Positions 38,875 to 47,845 of a stretch of DNA of 47,845 nt are shown here, piece after piece. Made by a program: the position numbers and the translations under genes. This stretch comes from Candidatus Micrarchaeota archaeon (lineage in GTDB: Archaea; Micrarchaeota; Micrarchaeia; Anstonellales; Bilamarchaeaceae): NCBI GenBank assembly GCA_043816005.1, contig JBDRIM010000018.1:1-47845 (forward strand). Direction: 5' to 3'. The notes below the pieces were generated by a model, which was not told the origin of the DNA, ran no database searches, and was given only the letters and a program-made list of their open reading frames with translations. Each line of letters begins with the position of its first letter. Position 1 is the stretch's first letter.

Positions 38875-39198
38875 TTGGAATTCTTACAAGCGTATGTACT
38901 TACCATAATTATCGAGTGCATCGTACTTTATTTTTTAGTAAGAAAACACTATCCATCAGTAGCAATACTAAAAAATGGAATAATAGCAAGTACAATCACT
39001 CTACCATTTGTATGGTTTGTTTTTCCACTGCTCGGATTGCCTTGGATTTATGTAACCTTAATTTCGGAGAGTTTTGCATTTGTAGTTGAGGGAATCATAT
39101 ATCTAAAAATATTTAACCAAATTAAAGCTCCGATGGCATTTTTTTGTAGTTTTACATGTAATGTTGCCTCAGTTGTTATTGGGTTGTGGTTTAACTGA
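38875..39198 (+). CDS. Small integral membrane protein (about 4 TM)
   Basis: Hydrophobic 107 aa with LT..IE, TLP..W and E.....E motifs; TTG start 1 nt after the upstream stop. Confidence 0.6.
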   Translation: MEFLQAYVLTIIIECIVLYFLVRKHYPSVAILKNGIIASTITLPFVWFVFPLLGLPWIYVTLISESFAFVVEGIIYLKIFNQIKAPMAFFCSFTCNVASVVIGLWFN

Positions 39199-39231
39199 TT
39201 AATTTTTATCTTTTTTCAGTACTATCAATCC

Positions 39232-40368
39232 ATGGAATTCACAGTTACGCCTTGGGAAGTCAACGGCACAGTTGATTATGATAGATTAACTAAACAGTTT
39301 GGCACAACACAAATAGATGAGAAACTAAAGGAGAGAATGAAAAAACACTCTGGACAGCTTCACTTGTTTTTAAAAAGAGGGTTTTATTTTTCACATCGAG
39401 ATTTGGACCTCGTACTAAACGATTATGAGCAGAAAAAAGGATTTTTCTTATACACAGGAAGAAAACCGTCTGGACCTCTCCATCTAGGTCATTTGACGCC
39501 AATGATTTTTACGAAATGGTTACAAGATACTTTTGGTGTGAATTTATACATAGAAATAACAGATGATGAAAAATTTGTATTTGATAGAAGTACAAATTGG
39601 AAAGAAATAGATGGTTGGGCAAAAGAAAATATACTTGATATTGCAGCGGTAGGATTTGATCCAAATAAAACATTCATATTCAGAGATAGTGAATACATAA
39701 AACAAACCTACAAGCTTTTACTTGAGGTTGCAAGAAAAACAACTTTTTCAACTGCCAAGGCTGTGTTTGGATTTAATGAGCAAAGTAATCTTGGACAGCT
39801 TTTCTATCCTGCATATCAAACAGCACCAACCTTTTTTGAAAAGAAAAGATGTTTGATACCCTGTGCAATAGATCAGGACCCATATTGGAGAATACAAAGA
39901 GATATTGCAGAAGGAATTGGATATTACAAGACTGCTGCTATTCACAGTAAATTTTTACCTCCTTTGCAAGGTGTGAGTGGAAAAATGAGTGCATCAAAAG
40001 CGGAGACCGCCATTTGGCTTACTGATGATGAAAAAGCAGTAAAAAATAAGGTAAATAAGTATGCTTTTTCAGGTGGAAAGGCAACTGTTGAAGAGCATAG
40101 GAAACTTGGTGGCGATCCGACTGTGGATGTTCCGTTTCAATGGCTTTCGATTTTGTTTGAACCGGATGATGTGAAACTCAAAAAAATTCATGATGATTAT
40201 CGTTCAGGCAAACTTTTGACTGGAGAGATGAAACTAATTTTGATTGAGAAAATAAATGCATTCTTGAAAGAACATAGAGAGAAAAGAAAGAACGCCGAGA
40301 AACTCGTTGATAACTTTATGTATTCTGGTAAACTGGCAAAAGAAATGTGGACAAAAGATTACGACTGA
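39232..40368 (+). CDS. trpS: Tryptophan--tRNA ligase (archaeal/eukaryotic type)
   Basis: VTPWEV, YTGR.PSG.LHLGH (HIGH), TDDEK, CAIDQDPY, KMSAS, AFSGG. Confidence 0.95.
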   Translation: MEFTVTPWEVNGTVDYDRLTKQFGTTQIDEKLKERMKKHSGQLHLFLKRGFYFSHRDLDLVLNDYEQKKGFFLYTGRKPSGPLHLGHLTPMIFTKWLQDTFGVNLYIEITDDEKFVFDRSTNWKEIDGWAKENILDIAAVGFDPNKTFIFRDSEYIKQTYKLLLEVARKTTFSTAKAVFGFNEQSNLGQLFYPAYQTAPTFFEKKRCLIPCAIDQDPYWRIQRDIAEGIGYYKTAAIHSKFLPPLQGVSGKMSASKAETAIWLTDDEKAVKNKVNKYAFSGGKATVEEHRKLGGDPTVDVPFQWLSILFEPDDVKLKKIHDDYRSGKLLTGEMKLILIEKINAFLKEHREKRKNAEKLVDNFMYSGKLAKEMWTKDYD

Positions 40369-40411
40369 AATGATGGGTTTTATAAACACCTGTTATAATA
40401 AATATGAAAAT

Positions 40412-41416
40412 ATGCAAAGACATGCCACACGAACAACCAACGTAGTTGATAGACTGGTAACTCATCCGTTAATCGAACCAATCACTGGAAACACGTATAG
40501 AATCAAAGGTGGATGGGCAAATGGATTTGTTTTTGTCCCAGATGTTAGGGAAAACAAATGTGTCATCATTGATCCAGGAACATCGAAAACACTAGAAAAA
40601 GGATATAAGGAGATGTATGGAGCCGCAGTTCGGCGTGTTGTGGAACAAGAAAAAATAGACTTGATGGCAGCGCTGCAAGACAAAACACAAAGAATGGCAT
40701 TATTACATAGAATACGAGCAGGAATAGGTCGTGATATAGGCAATGGATTTGGAGACTTGTTTTTAGAAAGATCCGTAGTGCTACAAACACTAGTAAGAGA
40801 TTGTGAATTAGAGGTTATGATGGTGGTTGCTACACATCATCATATTGATCATCTTGGCGTGGGCCATGATCTGGCCACTAGACTTGGAGTTGAATGTTAT
40901 TTGCCAAATCCGCGAATATTTGAGACAGATGTGTTACGGGGTTTTTATCCTGGTGAACCACAACACAATAAATACAGAAGACTTGGTACTGGTGAATGGC
41001 AATATGGGATATTAATAACAGACATTAGTGGACATACAGAGATGGTTGGGTTTTTGTTGCCAGATAAAACTCTTGTTGTTGGTGACCTTGTTTGTAGTGA
41101 AAGAATGTGGAATTGTTCTGTGTTATATGTAGAAGATATTTACAGGCATCTAGGATCTTTAGAGGTAGTTAGGAGACTAAGATATGAAAAAATGTTACTA
41201 GGTCATGGAAACAGAACGATTTTACCATCACTAGAAGCATTGCAACTGGTGGAACGAAATATTAGACGCGTAGAGAATGCAATGAAAGTAGCCAACAGAG
41301 ATAGGGACGATGTAGTTGCTGCTGAAACATACTTGAAACCGGGTAGAGGCGTTGATCTTAGATATATTGGGCATGCACTTATCACTGCAGATCATATTGG
41401 TGCTTATCGTACGTAA
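40412..41416 (+). CDS. Metallo-beta-lactamase-fold hydrolase
   Basis: IIDPG, THHHIDHLG (HxHxDH), GHT, VGD, LGHG; helical insertion between DPG and HxHxDH. Start moved to ATG 40412 after a TTTATAAA box. Confidence 0.8.
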   Translation: MQRHATRTTNVVDRLVTHPLIEPITGNTYRIKGGWANGFVFVPDVRENKCVIIDPGTSKTLEKGYKEMYGAAVRRVVEQEKIDLMAALQDKTQRMALLHRIRAGIGRDIGNGFGDLFLERSVVLQTLVRDCELEVMMVVATHHHIDHLGVGHDLATRLGVECYLPNPRIFETDVLRGFYPGEPQHNKYRRLGTGEWQYGILITDISGHTEMVGFLLPDKTLVVGDLVCSERMWNCSVLYVEDIYRHLGSLEVVRRLRYEKMLLGHGNRTILPSLEALQLVERNIRRVENAMKVANRDRDDVVAAETYLKPGRGVDLRYIGHALITADHIGAYRT

Positions 41417-41418
41417 AT

Positions 41419-41622
41419 TCACTTGGAAACAGTACTAGCAATATAAAAGATAAATGCGAGGATAAATAGGGTAAGAATACCCCAATGGAAGATTTTTATA
41501 TCGCTTTGCAATGCCGATTGTCCTGGGATAACAGGGTTGATTATTATTGAAACAGAACTGCCTACTTTGTGTTTGTCCACTATATTTTGTGCCCATGACT
41601 GGTCGCTTTTGTACTCGTTCAT
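41419..41622 (-). CDS. Small membrane protein resembling a DUF3592 C-terminal half (possible remnant)
   Basis: AQ.IV.K..VG..V.I..NP..P..SAL followed by one TM helix; an upstream in-frame TGA prevents extension. Confidence 0.35.
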   Translation of the reverse strand: MNEYKSDQSWAQNIVDKHKVGSSVSIIINPVIPGQSALQSDIKIFHWGILTLFILAFIFYIASTVSK

Positions 41623-41855
41623 AAGCCAGCCAGATTTGCCAGGGTTTCTATTTCACCTAATATTTTTTTTCTTTGCTTGCCTTGTTTTTCAACTTCGTAA
41701 AGCTTACTCAAGTGATAAATAATATCCTTACAATCATCAGGTTCAAAAAGAATATTTAGTTCTGAGGATAATGATTCGATTTTAGATAATGAATCTTCTT
41801 CAAGTTCATTCGCATTTATTATGAATGGTATTTTTGGGAATTGTGATTTTGGCAT
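41619..41855 (-). CDS. Hypothetical protein (78 aa)
   Basis: Charged helical ORF, ATGA-coupled to the next ORF. Confidence 0.45.
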   Translation of the reverse strand: MPKSQFPKIPFIINANELEEDSLSKIESLSSELNILFEPDDCKDIIYHLSKLYEVEKQGKQRKKILGEIETLANLAGL

Positions 41856-41966
41856 GAGATATATGTGAATTGGAGAATATAAAAATGTTTAGATTTGGTG
41901 TTTTGTGGTTGATAACGATTGAATAACCAACTCTTTCAAAAGACAAACCGACATTAAGATAATGGG

Positions 41967-42383
41967 ATGATGATGCGCAGAAAACCAGAAAAACTAAAAC
42001 CAACCGCACTTGCGTGTGGAATGTTAGAAGACAATGGCAGAGTTTTGTTTCTAGTAAAAAAAGATGAACGAGGTATTGAGTGTCTAGAAATGCCATGTGT
42101 GTTGGTTTATTCTGGTGGAAATCCATTAAGTGAGATTACTGAAGAATTCAAAAGGCAAACTGGGATTGATGGACAAGTTCATGAGAGTATAAAGGAAGGG
42201 AAACAAAACGTTGGATCTAGAAGGAAGAAACATTGGATTACGGTATTAGTATTCAGGATTACAGCGAAAAACCGAACAGCTAAACCATCAAATGAATTTT
42301 CAGGTTTTAAATGGCTTGATTTTGACAATGCAAAAAACCAACGGTTAAGTAGAAAACTCGAATGGATCAGAGTGATAGGATAA
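41967..42383 (+). CDS. Nudix-fold protein with degenerate Nudix box
   Basis: G.VLFL...EMP..LV..G.NP...I.EEF.RQTG, and F.W near the C-terminus. Confidence 0.6.
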   Translation: MMMRRKPEKLKPTALACGMLEDNGRVLFLVKKDERGIECLEMPCVLVYSGGNPLSEITEEFKRQTGIDGQVHESIKEGKQNVGSRRKKHWITVLVFRITAKNRTAKPSNEFSGFKWLDFDNAKNQRLSRKLEWIRVIG

Positions 42384-43104
42384 TTGTAATTAATACTGCA
42401 AACGAGAGTAGTGCGAATAAAAAACCTAAGCTAAGTGTTAGGAATGATTTTTCACGGATAACGTGCTTTGCATCATTTTGATCAGTTATTAGAAATGGCT
42501 TATAGATATCAGAATCACAAACTCCGAGAGTTATTTTTGATCCATTAGCTAGAATATACTCCGTAATACGAAATTGTTTTTTTATATGGGGGGATAATAG
42601 TTTTTTGAGTTTTGGAATTTTTAGAAGCATTTTGGTCGTGTTATCGTTAATAAATATTTTTGGAGAAGAATCAACAACCGCACCAAGAGGAGACTGACTG
42701 ATGGATTTGGTTACATCCTTAGAAATTTGGAAGGTAAGTCCATCGAAAAAATTTTCAAATATTCCTTTGTCACGATTGAAATAACCGATAGTTATTTTCT
42801 TTGGATTGATGCGAATATCTGCACTGTCGCTATTGATAGTTTTGCCTTCGAAAGAAAATGCGGCACGTTGTTCTTCGCAATATAATTGTTTCCATTGTTG
42901 ATGACCATCAACATAATAATCAACTTCAAGACGGGTATACACACAGGAATTACCGTGATAATCTTTCACTGGAATTTTTGATTTTATTATTCCCTTTAGT
43001 TGGGAAGCAGATAGACGCCTAACACCATGATAAAAGAAAATAGAACTAGCAGTTAACATAATTGCAGGAAAAAATAGAGTAAAAATATTGAATTCAGAGG
43101 ACAT
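42367..43104 (-). CDS. Hypothetical membrane protein (N- and C-terminal TM helices around a soluble domain)
   Basis: Two terminal hydrophobic helices; start ATG 43104 immediately after the DUF35 stop. Confidence 0.55.
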   Translation of the reverse strand: MSSEFNIFTLFFPAIMLTASSIFFYHGVRRLSASQLKGIIKSKIPVKDYHGNSCVYTRLEVDYYVDGHQQWKQLYCEEQRAAFSFEGKTINSDSADIRINPKKITIGYFNRDKGIFENFFDGLTFQISKDVTKSISQSPLGAVVDSSPKIFINDNTTKMLLKIPKLKKLLSPHIKKQFRITEYILANGSKITLGVCDSDIYKPFLITDQNDAKHVIREKSFLTLSLGFLFALLSFAVLITIILSL

Positions 43105-43105
43105 A

Positions 43106-43507
43106 TCAAACAACAAGCCTGAATTTGAATCCATAATGGATAAGCCCTTCAGGATCATCTCTTTGAATCACTCTGAAAACAGATTCTACTTTTGAACCTA
43201 TTTTCACGGTGTCTTTATGTGCATCAACAACTTGGCCAGTGATTTTTGCTCCTTCATCCAATTCGATAATTGCAAGTATATACGGGACTTGGTCTTCAAA
43301 CCCTTCTGGCGGTGCACTGACCTCAGTAAATGAAAATACTTTTCCAGTGCCAGCAAATTGTAGATCGTTTATTTTACCTTTACGCCTACATTTTGGACAA
43401 ATAGATCGCTTTGGAAAAAAAGTAGTTTTGCAGGTTTCGCATTTCACACCAATTATCCGATATCTTTCTGGAATTCTTCTCCATGTAAGCGGTATTGACT
43501 CTTTCAT
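43106..43507 (-). CDS. DUF35-family Zn-ribbon/OB-fold protein
   Basis: WR.IP.RY.IIG..CETC...FPKR..CPKC, G.V.SFT, PY..A.IEL, GLIHYGFKF. Confidence 0.9.
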   Translation of the reverse strand: MKESIPLTWRRIPERYRIIGVKCETCKTTFFPKRSICPKCRRKGKINDLQFAGTGKVFSFTEVSAPPEGFEDQVPYILAIIELDEGAKITGQVVDAHKDTVKIGSKVESVFRVIQRDDPEGLIHYGFKFRLVV

Positions 43508-43563
43508 TTGTATCCCTCAAATTTACTTAACATTACTAATATTTGTTAAACATCTTTAAATCG

Positions 43564-43610
43564 GATTGGTTTTTATAACGTGTATCACTACCGATTGTTT
43601 TTTATAATGT
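43564..43610 (+). promoter_or_regulatory. Tandem 18-nt imperfect direct repeat, each copy containing an archaeal TATA box
   Basis: GATTGGTTTTTATAACGT (43564-43581) and GATTGTTTTTTATAATGT (43593-43610), 16/18 identical, upstream of ATG 43629. Confidence 0.5.
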
Positions 43611-43628
43611 TATATAAAGGATAATTTC

Positions 43629-44720
43629 ATGAAAGTTAGAATGCACCTTGCTTATGGATGGCATACCAATGCGAGAGATGTTGAGTGTATTACTGATGCT
43701 ATTAGAAAGTTTAAACCGCACCTAGTACTTGGAGAAAGTTCATATATGCCACAAGATGCAAAATTGGGATTGGAACGGAAATTTGAAGCTGCAAGACGAA
43801 GAAAAGATCCGTTAGATGTTAGGAGAATGTTTGAAGGTACTGGAGGTACGCTTACATTATCGGGAACAAGAATAGATATTAGTAGGCCAGTAATAGAATT
43901 TTGTGTGGAACAAGGCATACGATTTATGTACGATGAACTTTGGCCTGATATCAAACAGGCACATGGAAAGTTTAGAGAAAACCAAGAAACGGGAAAGGAA
44001 ATTCACAGATCGCGGGTATTGTTTTTAACTGGTAGAGTGACAGAAGCAGTAGCAGGGTATAGAGCAGTATTAAGAAAAAGGATTGAAGGACTATTGGAAC
44101 GTGATGAAAATAGCTATAGATATATGTGTCAGTTACTGCCAATTTTACCTCTTTTGAATGGCATAAAAGGATTGGAAGAGGTTAGGATACTAAATAGGAT
44201 TGGCCTCTACCACGTAGGGAGATTTGAAAAGTTAAGAACAGACAGAAGATTTGAAGTTAGTTGTTCGTTTGAAACACACCCACCAGTATTTGGAGAACTA
44301 GGTGCAATAATGGCACGAGGAGGAATGGGATTAGAAGTCAGGTTAGATAATGATATTATTATGAGGGCAATTATATGTGATTTAATAGTAAATCACCTTG
44401 ATCCAATGGAAACATGGAGTCCGCTTTTCATTGCAACTGCACATATTTTGGCAAATATGCTTGAAGGAGATAGTTTGCATAGATTTGGAAGTGTATATGG
44501 AGCAATTGTAAGACAACTGCAAGGTGTTCCAGAACCAACTAGAACAACAATACTGCTAGGTGCTTTATCAGAATATTTTGGTGTGCATGTACCACTAAAT
44601 GAGCAGGAGATGTTGGCCTTTGTTCGTCAGAGATTTCCCGAATTTTCTACAGAACCAACTGAATGCGATGCACAAACTAAGATGCAAGAATTTATGGGAA
44701 GTGGAAGGATAATAGAATAA
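43629..44720 (+). CDS. Hypothetical protein, possible TraB/TIKI/EreA-superfamily metallohydrolase
   Basis: LAYGWH, I..FKP.LVLGE, ERDE and IGLYH occur in the order of the TraB-family GxxH/E/RD/GxxH motifs. Confidence 0.45.
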   Translation: MKVRMHLAYGWHTNARDVECITDAIRKFKPHLVLGESSYMPQDAKLGLERKFEAARRRKDPLDVRRMFEGTGGTLTLSGTRIDISRPVIEFCVEQGIRFMYDELWPDIKQAHGKFRENQETGKEIHRSRVLFLTGRVTEAVAGYRAVLRKRIEGLLERDENSYRYMCQLLPILPLLNGIKGLEEVRILNRIGLYHVGRFEKLRTDRRFEVSCSFETHPPVFGELGAIMARGGMGLEVRLDNDIIMRAIICDLIVNHLDPMETWSPLFIATAHILANMLEGDSLHRFGSVYGAIVRQLQGVPEPTRTTILLGALSEYFGVHVPLNEQEMLAFVRQRFPEFSTEPTECDAQTKMQEFMGSGRIIE

Positions 44721-45695
44721 CTATTTTGCTTTCAGTAGTTCTAATGCTGCTCTTTCTATTCCAGGTGCATCAAGATTATACTTTTTATAAAGCTCAGAAC
44801 AATTACCTGATTCTGCAAATCTATCAAACATACCAAGACGTTTCATTTTTGTTGGGTGGTGTTCTACAAGCACTTCTGCCACAGCACTTCCCATGCCTCC
44901 ATTGATTTGGTGGTCTTCCACAGTTAAAATTAATTTGCATTTTTTTGCATATTTGACGATGGTGTCAACATCAATAGGTTTTATTGTATGTAAATTTATC
45001 ACTGCAGCATTTATTCCCTTTTTCTTAAGTTCTTCAGCTGTTTTAAGCGCCTCATAAACTTGAAGCCCACATGCAAAGATTGCGATATCCTCACCATCAC
45101 GAAGAACATTTGCTTTTCCGATTTTGAATGGAGATTGAGAAGTTGTAAACACCGGAGTATTTTCACGAGATGTGCGTATGTAAACTGGTTGTGTTATTTT
45201 CGCTGCTTCCAATGTTGCCTTTCTGGCTTCTTCCATATCAGCTGGAACCAAAACAACCATTTCAGGAAGAGCACGCATCATTGCAATGTCTTCAAGGATT
45301 TGGTGAGATGCCCCATCAGGACCAACACTTACACCAGCATGGGAACCGTGTATTTTGACATTTGATTTGTTGTAGCAGATTGAAACACGGATTTGATCGA
45401 AATTCCTACCTGGTGAGAATGCAGCAAACGCTGAGATAAAAACTATTTTTCCGCATGATGCTATTCCGGCTGCAACCCCCGCCATATTCTGTTCGGCTAC
45501 ACCCACCTGGACAAAACGATCTGGAAACTTTTCTGCAAACCAATGGGTTCTTGATGATTCAGAAACGTCAGCAGTGACTGCCCAAACATTAGGATTTTCA
45601 CCGAGTTCAAGAAGTGCTTTACCAAAACCATCTCTACTTGATTTTTTTATGATTGTTGGAGAAAATAGATCCGGAATATGCATAATTGTTGTCAT
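44721..45695 (-). CDS. Transketolase, C-terminal (pyrimidine-binding) subunit
   Basis: GVAEQNM, R.FDQIR, GPDGASHQ, HTIKPID, VEDHQ..GGMGSAVAE. Confidence 0.92.
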   Translation of the reverse strand: MTTIMHIPDLFSPTIIKKSSRDGFGKALLELGENPNVWAVTADVSESSRTHWFAEKFPDRFVQVGVAEQNMAGVAAGIASCGKIVFISAFAAFSPGRNFDQIRVSICYNKSNVKIHGSHAGVSVGPDGASHQILEDIAMMRALPEMVVLVPADMEEARKATLEAAKITQPVYIRTSRENTPVFTTSQSPFKIGKANVLRDGEDIAIFACGLQVYEALKTAEELKKKGINAAVINLHTIKPIDVDTIVKYAKKCKLILTVEDHQINGGMGSAVAEVLVEHHPTKMKRLGMFDRFAESGNCSELYKKYNLDAPGIERAALELLKAK

Positions 45696-46535
45696 TTAGC
45701 TCGCCTCCAGTTTTTTGCGTTCGGCCTCAAGCTCTTTGATGGCCTGCTCTCCTTGTTCTTTGTTTGGGGCTTTACCATGCCAACCAAATTTATTTTCCAT
45801 GAAAGAAACACCTTTTCCAGGGATTGTCTTCGCTATTATCGCATAAGGCTTGTTGTTAAATTTAGGCGAACCAAGAACCCTGAGTAATTCGGAAATGTTG
45901 TTTCCATCGACTTCAACGGTTTCAAAACCAAATGATTTCATCTTGTCAACCAATGGCTCTAATGGAAGAACATCGTCACTAGTACCATCAATCTGGATGT
46001 TATTTCTATCAATAAAAACAATAAGATTGTCCAGTTTGTATTTGGCAGCACATAGGAATGCTTCCCATACCTGCCCTTCGTTCATTTCTCCGTCGCCAAT
46101 AACAGAATAAACTTTCCAGTTTGTATGTTCACGTTTAGCAACAATAGCCATACCCACTGCTTGAGATATCCCTTGACCGAGAGGCCCAGATGAATTTTCT
46201 ATTCCAGGTACAGAACCTCGGTGGGGGTGGCCTTGTAATTTTGAACCTAATTTACGAAGTTCCATTAGTTCCTCTTTTGGAAAATACCCCGCATTTGCAA
46301 GAGTAGTATAGAGAACAGGACAAACATGACCATTTGAAAGAACAAATCGGTCACGATCAGACCAATTTGGTTTTTTTGGATCGTGATTCATTGAATTGAA
46401 ATATAAAACAGTAAAGAGGTCAACTAAACCAAGCGAACCGCCAGGGTGGCCACTTTTTGCTTCCGTAAGCATCTTCACAATATCCTGACGAATAGTATTT
46501 GCCATTAATTTCAGATCTTTTTCAGATAATTTCAT
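45696..46535 (-). CDS. Transketolase, N-terminal (ThDP-binding) subunit
   Basis: SGHPGGSL, DRFVLSNGH, LQGHP, GPLGQG, GDGE..EGQVWEA, NNIQIDG, GKGVSFME...WHGK. Confidence 0.92.
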   Translation of the reverse strand: MKLSEKDLKLMANTIRQDIVKMLTEAKSGHPGGSLGLVDLFTVLYFNSMNHDPKKPNWSDRDRFVLSNGHVCPVLYTTLANAGYFPKEELMELRKLGSKLQGHPHRGSVPGIENSSGPLGQGISQAVGMAIVAKREHTNWKVYSVIGDGEMNEGQVWEAFLCAAKYKLDNLIVFIDRNNIQIDGTSDDVLPLEPLVDKMKSFGFETVEVDGNNISELLRVLGSPKFNNKPYAIIAKTIPGKGVSFMENKFGWHGKAPNKEQGEQAIKELEAERKKLEAS

Positions 46536-47170
46536 TTAGTTTCACCGATTTTTTTCAAATTAGCAATGGTATTTTTGATATTTTTTGAGGAGAAAATAGA
46601 ACTAGCAGCTGCAAGAATATTTGCACCCGCAGAATAGGCATGACGAGCAGTTTCTTCATTAATACCGCCATCAACTTCAATATCTAATTTGGGATAAAGT
46701 GCACGAAGTTTCTGGATTTTTTCTTTCATTTCATAGAGATATGTTTGGCCGGAAAATCCAGGATGAACCGTCATTATCAAAACTCTTACTGGATTGCATT
46801 TTTTAATTAATGGAAGAAGTTTATCTAATGAAGTTTCTGGATTGATGGCAAAACCAAGTTTACCACCCACCTTCTTCACTGTAGCTTCAATCGTTTCGAT
46901 GGATTTTATTGTTTCTATATGAACAAGATGGGTATGAGGACCACGGATTTTTTCGATCCATTTTTCAGGTTCAAGAACCATCCAATGGAATTCGTATTTG
47001 GCTTTTGGAAGATCAGTAAGAGATTCAATACTGATTGTTTTGTTTGGAACAAATTTTCCATCCATTATGTCGAGCTGGATTTCTTTAACGTGATTAATTA
47101 CTTGTTTGATGCGTGAAAGGAGTTCTTTCTTTGTTTTTACAAGTATAGCTGGTACTACTTCTACCGTCAT
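46532..47170 (-). CDS. rpe: Ribulose-phosphate 3-epimerase
   Basis: DIMDGKFVPN, HWMV, H.E, AINPET, MTVHPGFSGQ, IEVDGGIN. Confidence 0.92.
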   Translation of the reverse strand: MTVEVVPAILVKTKKELLSRIKQVINHVKEIQLDIMDGKFVPNKTISIESLTDLPKAKYEFHWMVLEPEKWIEKIRGPHTHLVHIETIKSIETIEATVKKVGGKLGFAINPETSLDKLLPLIKKCNPVRVLIMTVHPGFSGQTYLYEMKEKIQKLRALYPKLDIEVDGGINEETARHAYSAGANILAAASSIFSSKNIKNTIANLKKIGETK

Positions 47171-47424
47171 ATTCCCCTCTCCATAAAAGTTGGGCGTTTG
47201 CCCGTGATTAGGATAGGAATTGAGATTATATAAATATTACCAATTGTACACAAAATAACAGAAGTTGTAAACTGTGGTGGGAATAGGTTTTTAAAATAAT
47301 GTCCGCATAAAAAGTTTCAGGTAGATCAGAACTAGAGAAAAAAATGAAAAATCTAGTCAATTCTTTCAGAAAATAGGAATAGATTTATAAATTTGATTTG
47401 AAAAGAAATCTACCAAGATGTAAA

Positions 47425-47845
47425 ATGAAATTAGAACATATACATATAACGGTAAACGCAAGGATAAGTCCAGCTTTTACGGCACTGCCAAAGGACGATG
47501 CCCAACGTTTTGTGGATAGGTTAATGAAAACAGTAGGGATGAAACCACTGGGACCATTAAACTGGTCTGATGCTGAGGATTTGGAATTCCCAGGTCAAAG
47601 TTATGTACAAATGATCACTACAAGCCATACATCGTTGCATTTGTTTACGCACACAGACGGAACAAATGAAATTTATTTTGATCTGTACTCGTGCAAGAAA
47701 TTTGATACTGATAAAGTCATCAAGCTTTTGGATGAAACTTTTGGGTTGATTGAATGGCATGGAGTTTTGTACAATAGAGCAAACCAGAACCAGCCACAGG
47801 TTAAGATAATTGGAAATGCAGTAAAAGAAATAATGATTGCAAAAA
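47425..47845 (+). CDS. S-adenosylmethionine decarboxylase (SpeD/SpeH-like pyruvoyl proenzyme), runs off the window end
   Basis: Manual translation: MKLEHIHITV...VGMKPL...PGQSYVQMITTSHTSLHLF...FDLYSCKKFD; no stop before the window end, so absent from the ORF track. Confidence 0.72.
   Translation, partial: MKLEHIHITVNARISPAFTALPKDDAQRFVDRLMKTVGMKPLGPLNWSDAEDLEFPGQSYVQMITTSHTSLHLFTHTDGTNEIYFDLYSCKKFDTDKVIKLLDETFGLIEWHGVLYNRANQNQPQVKIIGNAVKEIMIAK

Noticed and set aside
47192..47203. c-di-GMP riboswitch-like GGGCAAAC upstream of rpe on the minus strand
   Set aside because: Only a 4-bp hairpin; the GAAA tetraloop stem and second GCAAA element are absent.
351..47760. Many short ORFs in the track overlapping longer genes (e.g. 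9828-10280, 18275-18628, 36955-37383, 41806-42126, 47557-47760)
   Set aside because: Antisense or alternate-frame shadows of well-supported genes with no recognisable motifs.
1..47845. CRISPR array, rRNA, tRNA, IS element or prophage
   Set aside because: No regularly spaced repeats, GC-rich structured RNA tract, transposase, integrase or virion gene seen; intergenic gaps are short.

Overview
AT-rich, gene-dense archaeal DNA. Pelota, an archaeal-type TrpRS, a DUF35 Zn-ribbon/OB protein, GGTGA ribosome-binding sites and TTTATA/TTTAAA boxes point to an archaeon; a DPANN (Micrarchaeota-like) lineage is my inference only. About 0.2-29 kb is a large mosaic surface-glycan locus with five parts. (i) CDP-3,6-dideoxyhexose genes (rfbF, rfbG, and rfbH broken by two 1-nt deletions) are transcribed divergently from an acylating acetaldehyde dehydrogenase, 4-hydroxy-2-oxovalerate aldolase, ThDP enzyme and SDR operon, which together look like a higher-carbon branched-sugar (yersiniose/erwiniose-type) pathway. 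(ii) A gmd-fcl/colC-colD GDP-colitose-type operon, in which Gmd carries a 329-aa intein with a LAGLIDADG homing endonuclease. (iii) UDP-glucose dehydrogenase, UDP-xylose synthase and a tyvelose-epimerase-like SDR. (iv) Several glycosyltransferases and an FkbM methyltransferase. (v) A divergent RuBisCO-like protein next to two BcbE-like nucleotidyltransferase-fold proteins, one fused to a GDPD-like domain; this is the best candidate for an undescribed system. About 29-47.8 kb holds a 1218-aa anchored surface protein, housekeeping genes (pelA, proC, trpS, split transketolase, rpe, a truncated SpeD-family gene) and interspersed accessory genes, including an NlpC/P60 protein and a peptidoglycan-binding-domain protein, both unexpected in an archaeon. 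I recognised no rRNA, tRNA, CRISPR array or transposase. All calls come from motif recognition by eye; no searches were run.
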